Shown here: piece by piece, positions 28,682 through 38,969 of the stretch | How the letters are laid out: each line of letters starts with the position of its first letter | How positions within the stretch are numbered: the stretch's first letter is position 1 | IMG/VR virus record: IMGVR_UViG_2773858002_000001 | Coordinates: 27,802 to 91,801 of that record | Source of the DNA: a virus | Lineage: Duplodnaviria; Caudoviricetes | DNA length: 64,000 nt | Strand: one strand, 5' to 3' | Notes under the pieces: model-generated | Told to the model about the DNA's origin: nothing | Seen by the model: only the letters and a program-made list of their open reading frames with translations | The model's database searches: none | Position numbers and translations under genes: made by a program

Positions 28682-31600
28682 TCAACTGTTTCGCGATCCA
28701 AGCCTGCGAAGTTGGACGGAGCTGTCAGCCATGATCTGGCCTTCGCTCCGCCTGAAGCTGTTCGCGTCCTCGGCATAGACATTGATCGTCTGCTGGTAGT
28801 TCGATCCGTTCCCGTACCGAGATCGATCGTTCTGTGACCGTTGCCTCTGCTGGGCCTCCAGCCGCGCAGTCAGCCCCTCTATCAGGTTCATGTTTCTCTT
28901 GTTGTCGTTGGCTGTCAGAACCTTTTCGCCGCGCTTGAGTATCGCCGGGTACTCGGAGCTTTTCAGGCCCTTGTGATGCTTGACCGCGCCAGCCCAAGTG
29001 TTGGCAGGCATGAGGCGTAGACCCGAGGCCGGTACGCTGCCGTCAACGTCGCCGCCTTTGTGGAACAAGCCGCCAAGGAGACCGAAGATGCCGCCGAACC
29101 CACCACCCATGCCGCCCGACATCTGCTGCAGCAACTGCATGATGGCCGAGCCGAACTGTCCAGTGGCAGCCGGAGCCTGCATCAGCGGCCCCATCAGCCC
29201 GGTCAGCGACTGCCCAAATCCGCCCAACTGAGGAACTATGGATTGCGCCTGCTGCGCGATGTTCTGGAACTGCGGGGCAACCTGCTGCAGAGCATTGCCT
29301 CCCTGGGTGAACACCTGTCCGAACTGCTGACCAACATTCTGCATCGGAGCCTGAAACGCCTGGGGCATCTGCTGGGCGATGTTTGCGTTCGCAGTAGCCA
29401 TCTGCTGCTGCCACTGATTGGTCAGCTGCTGCACTTCGGGAACTGAAGCGGTTGACATCGCGTCGAGGGGTTTATTCCCCATTTCAGACGTCGCACGGCG
29501 CACGGCTACCTGGTCCGCCAACTTCCACGACTTCTGAACGCGATCCTTCTCGTTGCCGGAAAGCATCTCCAACAGAAGACCCTTCTCCGACATCTTCGTG
29601 TTGCCCGTTGCGAAGCCGACGTGGCCCCCCGTGTTTCCGTATCCCTTATTGCGGTGCTGGACGAGAACATCGCCTTTGAGAACGTCCTTCGGGTTCACAC
29701 CCTCGCCCCATTTCAGGAACGAGTTGGCGACCAGGGAACCGGTGCCATCGACACCGACTGACTCCAGGTTCGAGTTGACGAAGGCGGCGCACCAAGCGGT
29801 CTTGGCCGCGTCGATGTCCACGCCCTGCGACTTCATGAACGAGTTAAGCTGGCTGGCGTTCGTGTGCTCGCTCATGCCAAGGAACTTCGTCGCGTTGTCC
29901 ACGGCAGAGGATGCCGACTGCGCGACAGCGCTGTTGATCTGTGAGCCAATGCTGGCAAGGTTTGTATTCCCCGCGCCACCAGCCCCAATAATCTTGTCGA
30001 ACACCGAACCCGAACCACCGGACGATCCGCTAAAAGGGATTGAGCCGGTCGTGGGTCCGCCTACGCCGGGAACCCCCACGGGAGACCCGTTGATCATCAC
30101 CGTCGCGGCAGTAACATTCATGGTGGCAGCGTTCATTGCCTGAAGCGCATCCTGCACACCGCTTGCCGCATCCTTGGTTGGAGCAGAGCCCTGCCCACCA
30201 CGACCAAACAAGCGGGAGAAGAAGCCGCCGATACCGCCGCCCCCACCCATCCCGGAGGCACCCGACTGAAACCCCTGCATCATGTTTTTCATCAGCTGGT
30301 TCACACCCAGGCGAACCATGCTGGTAGCAATACTGCGCAGGAAGTTCGTGATCGCGCCCTTCTGCCCCGTAAATACGCCAACGAGTGCATCCGACAGGCC
30401 GGAGGCGAAGTCCTGCGTCAGATCGAGCAGGTTGTCCTTCAGCGAACCAACGCTGTTCATCCAGCCCTGAAGGCCACTGTTCTGCGCCTTCTCCATGTCC
30501 TGGAGCTCGCGGTTCGCAGCGGACAGCGCGGACACCTGATCCTTTGTCAAGCGTACGCCTTGCTCAGTCAGCTGGTTGATGGTGCGCTGAGTGTTTCGGT
30601 CGGCATCCTTGTAGTCGCCTGTGATGCGTAGCAGGTCCATTTGCTGCTGCAGTGACTTCATCTGCCCAGCGAACGGATCACGCGCGGTCATCGTGCTGCG
30701 GTTGAGCTGATCGACCATCTGCTTGTACTTTTCGGCAGACAGGCGACCGCTCTCGTACTCTGCTCTTAGGGTTGCCAGGTCGTCCTGATAGGCTCGGATG
30801 GCCTCGCCCTGCGGGTCCAGGTTGGACCTGAGACTGCTGAACTGATCTGCCTGCTGAGTTGCTTGTATAAGCCGCTCCAGTTCCTGCCGCTGACCCGCCT
30901 TCAGCTGACCGTTCTCACGCTCGAAAGCATTGATCTCATGTAGCACAGCAAGCCTATTCTTTTCGGCTCGCGTGATCGCCTGAGCCTCGCGGAACTGCTC
31001 GGTCAGGTCTTGTGTCATTTCCTTGAGAGCAGCGTTCTTGCGTGCATCCTGTAGTGCCCGCACGCGCGCCTCGATAGAGGACTTCTGCTGCTCCGTCAGG
31101 CGACCAATCTCTTCTTCAAGGGCACGGATTTCCGAGAGCACTTCGAGGCGATTGCGCTCTTCCGCCGTGATCGCGGCAGCGTCGGCAATCTCAATATCCA
31201 TGAGACGCAGCCGCTCATTGACCGGATCAAGCTGCCGCCTGCGCAACTCAAGCTGGGCTTCCAAGCGCCGAATTTCTGCTTCGCTTCGTGCGTCGTTGGA
31301 CTCTGGGTACAAGTCCGAGATTTCGCGCAGAGATTTGAGTGCCTTCTCAATCTCCGCGATTTCCTCTTTCGCCTTCCGCAGATCGTCCAGTCCGGCGAGC
31401 GCTTCCCGGTTGCTGTCCGACAGGCCACGTAAACCGGCCACTCCGTCGGTATTGATCTTGGGGGTGACATCGACGGTCGTTTCCATACCGTCCAACATCT
31501 TCTGGAACGTGTTGCCGGCCTCGGCAGCGTTGGCTTCGAACGCCCTTTGAGAGATCGACTGCCCCGTGGCCCAATTCCAGAAGTCCTCCCAAATGCCACG

Positions 31601-33253
31601 GGCCTTGGCCATGGCGTTCGTAAAGGCCCCGGTGATCATATCGACAAGCTGTGTGCCGATTTCGCTCCACGACTGGCTGAAGAATGCCTTCACAGCATCC
31701 CAATTCTTGTACAGCGCTATGCCGATACCTGCGATTGCGGCCACAGCAGCCCCGATCAGGACCGGGACGACACCAAAGCCCGCGACCAACGCACCGATGA
31801 AGCCCTGTGCAAAGGCGGTCACCGCGATGATGGCGAGACGCAACATCTTGAACGGGTTGATGAGGTAGAGCACCAACCCGCCTATGCCCGACAGAGACTT
31901 GGTGAATGCCGCAATCCGCGTGAGGCCAAAAGCCGTAGCGACTGCCGGTCCGACAAGCCGCAGGGCGATGACAAGTCCCTTGATGGCAGGTGCTCCAAGT
32001 GCAATGGCCGCAACCCACGGCTTCACCGCATCCGGTAGAACGTTGAAAGCGGCGGCAATCCCGTCCACGGCGGTTTTGGCAGCGCTGATCATGCTCTTGA
32101 GCGCCGGCCCGAGAGCCAAGCCCAAATCCTTCGCCAACAGCTTGATCGAGTTGCGTAGGCCCTCCCACTGTGCTGTGAGGCCCTTGGCGAAGTTCTCGTA
32201 CTCCTTGTCCAGAGCGACAGGGTTCGCAGCCTCCTTGCGCGCCTGCTCTACTTTTTCTCGGAACAAATCGACGTTGATACCCGCCGTACCCAGGACGCGG
32301 ATACTTTCCTCCCCTTGAAGCTGGAACTCACGCAAGAAACCTGTGATCGACTGACCGTCGGCATTGAGAGCCTGCAGGACGCCAAGGAACGTCACGAATG
32401 CTTCCGTGGGATTGTCAGCAATCATCGCCTGGAACTGCTGCCGCGTGAGGCCCGTCGCCTGCGTAAGCATGTCCATGCCTTTTGTGCCGTCCTGCGCAGC
32501 TTCCGTGAGGCGGTTGAGTGTGCGACCGACCGCCGTACCGAAGAGTTCCGGTCGCATATCGAGCTGCGCGGCGGCAGCACCCAGACCCGCGAGTGCAGTT
32601 GAACCGATCTTGAACTGAGCCGTTGACTGCGCCAGCGTTGCAGTCATGCGAAGGATTTCACTCTCGGTCGCAGCCGTGTTGTTGCCGAGACCAACAAGCA
32701 CAGACGCGAACGTCTTGACCTGGCCGATCCCGTCCCCGGTGATCGTGAGCAGCCTGGCGATGGATTTCGATCCCTCGTCTCCAACGACGTCAGAGGCTGT
32801 CTGAAGCTTCCCCATCGTTTCGGTGAAGGCTTGGATGTTCTGCACCCCGGTCACGCCGAGCTGACCGGCTGCACCTGCAATGCCGAGAAGAGACTCGATC
32901 GACACACCATCCATATCGCGTGCGAGCGCGTCGAACCTGTTGCTGAAATCGTCCATCGCCTGTGCGGACAGGTTCGTGGTTTTCTGGACGTTGAGCATCC
33001 CCTGCTCGTACGTGGCGAATGTGCGTATGGTGGCCTGCCCGAGACGCATTGAGGCCCACATACCAGCAACGGCTTTTGTCGCCTCCTTCGCCTTGCGAGA
33101 AAGCTCCGTCAGACTATCCGATGCCTTCTTGTTCTCCTGGGTGAACCCCTTGGAACCCTTACCGGCTTTGTCGAAGCCACCGCCAACCTTGTTTAGGATG
33201 GCAGTGGCCTCATCTCTCATCCGCAGGATGAATTCGAGTTCTTCGCCGTTCAT
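28682..33253 (-). CDS. Tape measure protein with C-terminal CHAP/NlpC-like (TIGR02594-type) domain
   Basis: 1523 aa helical protein with TP901-type N-term; AWCAAFVN...GHVGF...GN near the C-terminus. Confidence 0.92.
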   Translation of the reverse strand: MNGEELEFILRMRDEATAILNKVGGGFDKAGKGSKGFTQENKKASDSLTELSRKAKEATKAVAGMWASMRLGQATIRTFATYEQGMLNVQKTTNLSAQAMDDFSNRFDALARDMDGVSIESLLGIAGAAGQLGVTGVQNIQAFTETMGKLQTASDVVGDEGSKSIARLLTITGDGIGQVKTFASVLVGLGNNTAATESEILRMTATLAQSTAQFKIGSTALAGLGAAAAQLDMRPELFGTAVGRTLNRLTEAAQDGTKGMDMLTQATGLTRQQFQAMIADNPTEAFVTFLGVLQALNADGQSITGFLREFQLQGEESIRVLGTAGINVDLFREKVEQARKEAANPVALDKEYENFAKGLTAQWEGLRNSIKLLAKDLGLALGPALKSMISAAKTAVDGIAAAFNVLPDAVKPWVAAIALGAPAIKGLVIALRLVGPAVATAFGLTRIAAFTKSLSGIGGLVLYLINPFKMLRLAIIAVTAFAQGFIGALVAGFGVVPVLIGAAVAAIAGIGIALYKNWDAVKAFFSQSWSEIGTQLVDMITGAFTNAMAKARGIWEDFWNWATGQSISQRAFEANAAEAGNTFQKMLDGMETTVDVTPKINTDGVAGLRGLSDSNREALAGLDDLRKAKEEIAEIEKALKSLREISDLYPESNDARSEAEIRRLEAQLELRRRQLDPVNERLRLMDIEIADAAAITAEERNRLEVLSEIRALEEEIGRLTEQQKSSIEARVRALQDARKNAALKEMTQDLTEQFREAQAITRAEKNRLAVLHEINAFERENGQLKAGQRQELERLIQATQQADQFSSLRSNLDPQGEAIRAYQDDLATLRAEYESGRLSAEKYKQMVDQLNRSTMTARDPFAGQMKSLQQQMDLLRITGDYKDADRNTQRTINQLTEQGVRLTKDQVSALSAANRELQDMEKAQNSGLQGWMNSVGSLKDNLLDLTQDFASGLSDALVGVFTGQKGAITNFLRSIATSMVRLGVNQLMKNMMQGFQSGASGMGGGGGIGGFFSRLFGRGGQGSAPTKDAASGVQDALQAMNAATMNVTAATVMINGSPVGVPGVGGPTTGSIPFSGSSGGSGSVFDKIIGAGGAGNTNLASIGSQINSAVAQSASSAVDNATKFLGMSEHTNASQLNSFMKSQGVDIDAAKTAWCAAFVNSNLESVGVDGTGSLVANSFLKWGEGVNPKDVLKGDVLVQHRNKGYGNTGGHVGFATGNTKMSEKGLLLEMLSGNEKDRVQKSWKLADQVAVRRATSEMGNKPLDAMSTASVPEVQQLTNQWQQQMATANANIAQQMPQAFQAPMQNVGQQFGQVFTQGGNALQQVAPQFQNIAQQAQSIVPQLGGFGQSLTGLMGPLMQAPAATGQFGSAIMQLLQQMSGGMGGGFGGIFGLLGGLFHKGGDVDGSVPASGLRLMPANTWAGAVKHHKGLKSSEYPAILKRGEKVLTANDNKRNMNLIEGLTARLEAQQRQRSQNDRSRYGNGSNYQQTINVYAEDANSFRRSEGQIMADSSVQLRRLGSRNS

Positions 33254-33282
33254 CGGGCCTCACCTTGTGCAATTAATTTCAC

Positions 33283-33717
33283 TCAACGCGGACGGCCCGG
33301 TGTTCCTGGTGGCCTCTTGTTGTTGCGGGCTTTTTCCTTCTCGGCTTCGGCGCGGTCACACTGGTCGTTCGCGTCATCGAGAACGCGGAACACCTCAATC
33401 GCCTTGTTGGACTGGTCGAGAACGCCTCCAGCCCCAGGCATGAAGCCTTTCTTGTAGAGGCCGTAGAATTTCAGCAACCAGCTCCAGTAGCCGGGGTTCT
33501 CCCGAATATGCTGCCTCGGGCAGGAGTAGAGCGTTTCCCCCTGAATGGTGACCGGAGCTTTGGCCGGTCGGACCCAATTCGAAGGCTGGTCCGGCTCGTG
33601 CGGTGGATGATCTCTCCACCTTTTGGCGGTGCATCCCCACAACTCCCGCTTGGTACAGGCAGCGCAATCACGCTCGGGCATCAACCGAACTGCGGTGACG
33701 CCCAGCCTTAGTTTTTT
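33283..33717 (-). CDS. Tail assembly chaperone extension (gpT-like), reached by -1 frameshift
   Basis: Slippery A AAA AAC at 33717-33711; the -1 frame is open into ORF 33283..33684. Confidence 0.75.
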   Translation of the reverse strand, partial: KKLRLGVTAVRLMPERDCAACTKRELWGCTAKRWRDHPPHEPDQPSNWVRPAKAPVTIQGETLYSCPRQHIRENPGYWSWLLKFYGLYKKGFMPGAGGVLDQSNKAIEVFRVLDDANDQCDRAEAEKEKARNNKRPPGTPGRPR

Positions 33718-34199
33718 TCCTCTTCCGCCGAGACCTCGCTGATCTCCTTGATGCGGGTCGCCAGTTCCTGGATCAGGCGAATGCCGAGCTTGCGCATCGT
33801 CTCATCGTCAGCCACCTCATAATCACGTCCGTTGACGACGATCTTGGTCGTGCTGAACTTGATGTGGTTGCCCTTGGCATCGAGGAAGTTCTGGAAGCCG
33901 GCGAGGCCGTGGCGAACGGCGTCGATATTCGTCTGGTTGACGCGCGTTTTGATGCCGATCTCGTCACTGCCCTCCTTACCCGAAAGCGAGGAAGCATTGT
34001 CGTAGATGTAGCCCATCAGGAAGACATCGAGCGGCTTCAGAAAGAACTTGGTTGCGCCTTTGCCAATGTTCACCTCATCCCGCGTACCTTTCGCGGGATC
34101 GTTCTCGTCAATGAGAACCTTCGTGACCGTGCGGGCCGGGTCTTTTTCAGAAACGTGTTCGACCGTATCCGAGACGGTCATAGCGATCAGTGCCATCAA
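33708..34199 (-). CDS. Tail assembly chaperone (gpG-like)
   Basis: Between tail tube and tape measure; ends EEEKN over the slippery site. Confidence 0.8.
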   Translation of the reverse strand: MMALIAMTVSDTVEHVSEKDPARTVTKVLIDENDPAKGTRDEVNIGKGATKFFLKPLDVFLMGYIYDNASSLSGKEGSDEIGIKTRVNQTNIDAVRHGLAGFQNFLDAKGNHIKFSTTKIVVNGRDYEVADDETMRKLGIRLIQELATRIKEISEVSAEEEKN

Positions 34200-34268
34200 T
34201 CTGCCTCCTGGCTGCGTGGCGGTGGCTGTTCACACGAACAGTGCCGGAATGATTGGCGCACTGTGCAA

Positions 34269-34481
34269 TTAATTGCAATCGGGGCGGAATGCCGGATGGT
34301 CCGGGTTGTTCGGTGTCGGGCTCTTGTCCGCGATGAAGGGCGTTACTCTTGCGGGTGCAAAATCCTTGGCGATCTGGTGGGCATCTTTGAACGTCAACTT
34401 GGCGGCTATCACGGGACCGGTCAGGTTACCGTCCCGATCAGCCTGCTGAACGACGTAAACTTTTGTTGTGTATCCGGCCAT
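34269..34481 (-). CDS. Small hypothetical protein
   Basis: GGGAG RBS, 70 aa, bracketed by palindromes at 34264 and 34540. Confidence 0.55.
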   Translation of the reverse strand: MAGYTTKVYVVQQADRDGNLTGPVIAAKLTFKDAHQIAKDFAPARVTPFIADKSPTPNNPDHPAFRPDCN

Positions 34482-34492
34482 CACGGGCTCCC

Positions 34493-34526
34493 AAAAAGCA
34501 AAGGGGAAGGCGTTGCCACCTTCCCC
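34493..34526 (-). terminator. Rho-independent terminator after tail tube gene
   Basis: GGGGAAGGTG-GCAA-CGCCTTCCCC followed by TTTGCTTTTT on the minus strand. Confidence 0.8.
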
Positions 34527-34557
34527 CGGTCCCACCGCTTGCAATTAATTGCATCGT

Positions 34558-35805
34558 TCAGATCAGAACGATGCAGAGTTCGTCGTTTCCGAGAACACGC
34601 GAGAACCGAAGCTGCGCATCGTAAGTGCGAATGCCGTTTCGATCCTGGTACGTCAGGCCGGTGTACTGAACACTTGGCGCGAGGAACCACACCGTGTTTC
34701 CGGCCTCAGTGCCCACGCGCATCTGAAATGTCATGCGTTCGGCTGCGCCCATCTTGCCCCAGAAGTCGTGGTTCGAGACCAGTTCAGCTTCAGGGTCAAT
34801 ACCTCCTTCAGGAGCACGGGAAACGATGCGTGTCCCGACGTAGCCTTCCTTGGAGCTGACGTCTGGCCTGATCTGAATGTCGTTGCCCTGCGTGTAATTG
34901 AACGCATTGACGATGGTATAGTCGCGGTCGATCCGAAGACGGGCAAGCTCCACCTGGGAAGGCAGGGACTTCTCGTAATTGCAGATCGGCATCGGAACAT
35001 CGATTGGATCGAGGAATGTCCCCTGGAACTCCCACTCGATGCGCGCATAGTCGCCGGCCTCGGCGGTAACCGAGAATGTTCCGAGCGAACCCAGCATCTT
35101 GTGTTGCACACCGTCCATATTCAGAACGAGCGTCAGGCTCTCGAAATTGTCGGAGATAGGGTCCAGACGCAGACCGACCGGCATCGCCCAGATCGTCCAC
35201 CGCTTCCCGACTTGTAGCTCGCCTACCCATGTCGGCGTCAACGTGATCCCGGACGTTCCGAGGGTGATCGGTTGTCCGTCAGTCACAATGGCGGCGGCAG
35301 ACCCTTCCCCATCCGTGTCAGAGATGATTGTGATCTCAGCAACGCCGGATGCGCCGCCCGTGGTCACTTCGAGCGTATAGTTGATCAGGTCAGTGTGCGC
35401 GGCAGCAGCCACGTCAATCGCCCAATCGACTTCCACGTTGTGAAGACCGAGCGGGTACACCACGGTGCTATCTGGCGCGGCGTTGGCCGTGAGAGAGTAT
35501 CCGCAGGCGCGGAACAGACGAGAAATCAGCGGAGCATCGCCAATGTTGCCGCTGTTCTGGAAGCCGGAACCTTTGAGTTCCGTTGTGAACGTCATGGATG
35601 CCATACGGCGACCGACAATGTTCGGAAGCGGAGAAAGGTCGTCCCGCGCGAAATTTCGTTCGAGCAGGTTCACATCCACCGCGTAGTCGGGCTCTTCAAC
35701 GTAGAGGGCATCGTTGACCCCCACGGCGGCTTCCTCACGGTAGTTCGCCTCTATCGCCGCCTGCAGAACTGCGCGCCGGGTCAATAGCGGAGCTGTAACG
35801 GTCAT
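34558..35805 (-). CDS. Major tail tube protein
   Basis: 415 aa beta-rich protein upstream of the chaperones; F..ELKGSG..G.AP, DRNGI..YD. Confidence 0.8.
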   Translation of the reverse strand: MTVTAPLLTRRAVLQAAIEANYREEAAVGVNDALYVEEPDYAVDVNLLERNFARDDLSPLPNIVGRRMASMTFTTELKGSGFQNSGNIGDAPLISRLFRACGYSLTANAAPDSTVVYPLGLHNVEVDWAIDVAAAAHTDLINYTLEVTTGGASGVAEITIISDTDGEGSAAAIVTDGQPITLGTSGITLTPTWVGELQVGKRWTIWAMPVGLRLDPISDNFESLTLVLNMDGVQHKMLGSLGTFSVTAEAGDYARIEWEFQGTFLDPIDVPMPICNYEKSLPSQVELARLRIDRDYTIVNAFNYTQGNDIQIRPDVSSKEGYVGTRIVSRAPEGGIDPEAELVSNHDFWGKMGAAERMTFQMRVGTEAGNTVWFLAPSVQYTGLTYQDRNGIRTYDAQLRFSRVLGNDELCIVLI

Positions 35806-35846
35806 AGCTTGTTTCCTTCTGTTGGAGATCGCTTGTCCGTCACCGC

Positions 35847-36230
35847 TTAGGCTTTGAGCGCCGCGACGATTGCGTTGATGGCGGCCTTGTTCGCGTTGGC
35901 GAGCGTTGCTGCCGTAGCCCCGTCGGTGGCATCAGCTTCCGACACCGGTGCAAGGGCGGCGACCTCAGCTTTATTGGCCATGGCGGAAACCGCGTCTGCC
36001 GACGTCAGGTCGGACGTACCCGCGCCGATTGCTGTGCGCGCCTCGGCCTGGTCGGCACCAGCGGCAATAACAGCAGGCTTGTCGGTCACGTCGCCCCACG
36101 CGACGGAGCCGCCTCCACCGCCACCAGCGTTCACAGCCGCGATGATTTCATTCAGCTTCTTTTCGAGAAAGCCGTTGAAGATGTTGGACGTGCCGGAGAA
36201 CGTCTTCTTCTTGAGCTGGTCGATAGGCAT
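35847..36230 (-). CDS. Putative head fibre/decoration protein
   Basis: VAWGDVTDKP and ARTAIGAGTS motifs, Ala-rich C-terminal helix. Confidence 0.55.
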   Translation of the reverse strand: MPIDQLKKKTFSGTSNIFNGFLEKKLNEIIAAVNAGGGGGGSVAWGDVTDKPAVIAAGADQAEARTAIGAGTSDLTSADAVSAMANKAEVAALAPVSEADATDGATAATLANANKAAINAIVAALKA

Positions 36231-36265
36231 GGGGCACCTTTCCCTTTCTAGTGCGGAGGCTGGGC

Positions 36266-36487
36266 TCAGATACGGACCCGTTTGCCTCCCCCAATCGAGC
36301 GGTAAACACCGCCCTTGCCATAGTCTTCGGGCGTGGGCGTCTCTGTGGCGGCAACCTCAGTAGGAGCATTGACGGGCTCGTCATTCGTCGCAGTGGCTTC
36401 CTCCACGACAGACTCCGCCTGGACCTGATCCTCAGACGTGTCATCCGCCTGCGTCTGGGTCTTGCTGATCTTGAGTTTGCTGCTCAC
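36266..36487 (-). CDS. Hypothetical protein
   Basis: 73-aa acidic ORF with GAGG RBS. Confidence 0.55.
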   Translation of the reverse strand: MSSKLKISKTQTQADDTSEDQVQAESVVEEATATNDEPVNAPTEVAATETPTPEDYGKGGVYRSIGGGKRVRI

Positions 36488-36570
36488 GACACGAACCTCG
36501 CCTTTGTTGCGCGTGCAATTAATTGCACATACGGAAAAAGGGTCAATGCGTGCGCGTTGATGCGGTATGC

Positions 36571-37071
36571 CTACACGTCCGGTTGTGGGTCTCGGGGATC
36601 AAAATGCGAGTGTCGGAACATGACCTCTATGAACAGAACGCCGACCACTGATTTGTCCCCGTAGGTGGTCATATCAATCTCTGTGCCCTTGCGTTTCGTA
36701 TCAATCGCCAATCCGCCCCAGGTTCTATCCAGGTCCACGACGCGCTTGATTACCGTTAGAGCTCGCTCCCCCATGATCGCAGGCTTCGGGTCGTTCTTAT
36801 TCACGGTTACGCGAAACTCGATCCCAACGGTCCAATTGCACTCGATATACGGGTACGTGAAACGCTCTTTCTCGGGGCCTGGTACGATGCCAACCGCATA
36901 GCGTTTGCGGTGGTCTTCATCAGCCAGCGGGCCGATCTCAACTGTCGAGAATGCAAACGGCCAATCACTGTCGCTGGGGGTGTGGTTGATGTCATCTGGG
37001 TCCGGTGGCTGCACACCTCTGAACGCATCTTCGATTTTCTGGAGAATTTGCAGCCGCACACTGTCTGTCAT
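36571..37071 (-). CDS. Putative tail terminator/completion protein
   Basis: MTDSVR.QIL, D.TWGGLA.DT; position in the head-tail cluster. Confidence 0.65.
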   Translation of the reverse strand: MTDSVRLQILQKIEDAFRGVQPPDPDDINHTPSDSDWPFAFSTVEIGPLADEDHRKRYAVGIVPGPEKERFTYPYIECNWTVGIEFRVTVNKNDPKPAIMGERALTVIKRVVDLDRTWGGLAIDTKRKGTEIDMTTYGDKSVVGVLFIEVMFRHSHFDPRDPQPDV

Positions 37072-37078
37072 TTGAACC

Positions 37079-37726
37079 TCACTTCGCCGCAGTAACGGCA
37101 CGAACAATGGCGTCCATGGACCGGTCAACGAAGTACGGCAGACCCGCTGTAAGCGTTTTCTGCATGCCGAGTCTCGGGGGGATGGTGACGCTGGTTTTCA
37201 GGACGTACAGAGGAACGATCTTCGTTCCCTGCCGCTGGAAGATGATCAGATTTCCCGCCTTGCTCTTGGCCACGAAAGTGTGCTGCCATTCTCGGGCAGA
37301 CTTCTTCTTCGGTGTGCCGTCACTGTTCAATGCAGCGGGCAGCGGGATAGTCAGGTACTTGGCCTTCTTCGGAGTGATCGTTGCCCCGAACTCGTGAACT
37401 GCAGCGATGGCAGAGCCGCCAATCACGCCTTCAATGGTGGTGAATTTCTTTCCTCGAACGTCTACGCTGTTGACGATGGTCTGCAGCATCTTTCCTGATC
37501 GACGCGAAAGCGTGTCACTCGTTGTCCCTCCCGGCCATGCGCCCGAATGCCGCTCAGTCAGTGCCTGGGCAACATTCTCCAGAAAGTCGCGCAACTCACG
37601 GCTTAGGACTTTGGCCGACCCGTCCCAATCCTTCTTGAGCGTCTGATGAAAGGCGCGAAGACCGCGCTCGGCGTCCTTAAAGCGCCTGTTGCGAAACTCA
37701 AATTCAAGGGTGAGCTCGTTCGCCAT
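37079..37726 (-). CDS. Virion morphogenesis/neck protein
   Basis: RSG.M..TI, A.VHEFGATITPKKAKYLTIP, IPPR. Confidence 0.7.
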   Translation of the reverse strand: MANELTLEFEFRNRRFKDAERGLRAFHQTLKKDWDGSAKVLSRELRDFLENVAQALTERHSGAWPGGTTSDTLSRRSGKMLQTIVNSVDVRGKKFTTIEGVIGGSAIAAVHEFGATITPKKAKYLTIPLPAALNSDGTPKKKSAREWQHTFVAKSKAGNLIIFQRQGTKIVPLYVLKTSVTIPPRLGMQKTLTAGLPYFVDRSMDAIVRAVTAAK

Positions 37727-37733
37727 GGGCACC

Positions 37734-38315
37734 TCAGAGAGGGTACAGTGCCATCGGTGCGTACCGAATGTGGTCCGTCATGAGGGACGCGAGCTGGGCT
37801 TTGTAGGTTTCAACCTCGATCTTGATACCAGCCTCAGTTATCGGGGCGGCATTTGAGAGGTGGACGAGTGCTTGCAATCGAGCTGCTTCCTGAAGCCAGG
37901 ATGGCACCTGATCAAGCTTGTACTGGCCGGACACATCCGTATCGGCTTCGAACCCGGACTGATAGGTGAACGCAACGTGGGCGCGAACGTAGTACGTGTT
38001 CCAATCACGGGCCACCCCCTTTTCACGGTCGTAGACGATTGCGTCGTCTGCAACATCAAATCCGGTCACCGTCGGTGTCCCTATGATGAAGCCACGCGAC
38101 AACCAGAACTCAGTTCTGCGGTGGGGGCCATCGATCACTGTTGGCTCAGGAACCCAAAACGTGTCGGTGACTTCTGCTCTGGCAAACGACGTGTTCAGAG
38201 CCGACGCGAGCTGCGGTTCGGCGGCGTTCAAAGCCATCGAGATCGCATCGTTGATGTCGGTCATATCATCGAAGCCGAGGTCTTCCCGTATGCCAGAGAC
38301 AGAAGTCAGGAACAT
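37734..38315 (-). CDS. Head-tail adaptor
   Basis: TY.SGF...VP.WL.EA pattern; position after capsid. Confidence 0.6.
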   Translation of the reverse strand: MFLTSVSGIREDLGFDDMTDINDAISMALNAAEPQLASALNTSFARAEVTDTFWVPEPTVIDGPHRRTEFWLSRGFIIGTPTVTGFDVADDAIVYDREKGVARDWNTYYVRAHVAFTYQSGFEADTDVSGQYKLDQVPSWLQEAARLQALVHLSNAAPITEAGIKIEVETYKAQLASLMTDHIRYAPMALYPL

Positions 38316-38319
38316 CGGT

Positions 38320-38886
38320 TTAAACCTCCATCGCACCTTCTGTGCTCGGGTCTTTGCCGCCCGAACTGTCACCTTCAGCCTCGATCTTCGGCTCGGGCTG
38401 TTTGGTCTTGGCGGCGGCAGCTACGGCCTTTTCAGCCTGCTCGCGGGGAACCCGCTTGATGCTCACCTTCGACCGAGCCTTCCGTTTTTCCGCTCCTTCG
38501 TCGGAGAGATCGCCTTCAGTCTCAGCCGGCTTCACCTTCGCCTTCAGGGCCGCCGAGACGTCAGCTGCGGTAACCGAGTAGCCAAGAACTGACGAAACAG
38601 CGAAGTGGTTTGGCTCACCGGACGCCGTGAAGTTCGCATCATCGTCCACGTCGAGTTCATCGACAGCGGCTCGGATGGCTATGGCCAGGTCAGCCTTCGC
38701 CTTCGGTCGCAGAGAACGAGCATCATCTTCGTCGTTAGATGCCCCGGCATACCCACGCACCTTGAAGCGCGGATTGTCGTCAAGGATTGCAGCGGTCTCG
38801 TTGTCGATAGGTTCCTCTACGCCCTTCTCCCAGATGCGCCCGAGGAAATTGAGCCGTACCGGCTCCAGCAGTTTTGCAGTTGGCAT
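38320..38886 (-). CDS. Hypothetical virion-associated protein
   Basis: AAGGAG RBS; directly after the capsid gene. Confidence 0.65.
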   Translation of the reverse strand: MPTAKLLEPVRLNFLGRIWEKGVEEPIDNETAAILDDNPRFKVRGYAGASNDEDDARSLRPKAKADLAIAIRAAVDELDVDDDANFTASGEPNHFAVSSVLGYSVTAADVSAALKAKVKPAETEGDLSDEGAEKRKARSKVSIKRVPREQAEKAVAAAAKTKQPEPKIEAEGDSSGGKDPSTEGAMEV

Positions 38887-38969
38887 TTCGCTCTCCTTAG
38901 CAGCCACAAAAACAAGCGGGGCCAGCCTACGATAGACCAGCCCCACGTGCAATTAATTTCACAACACCG

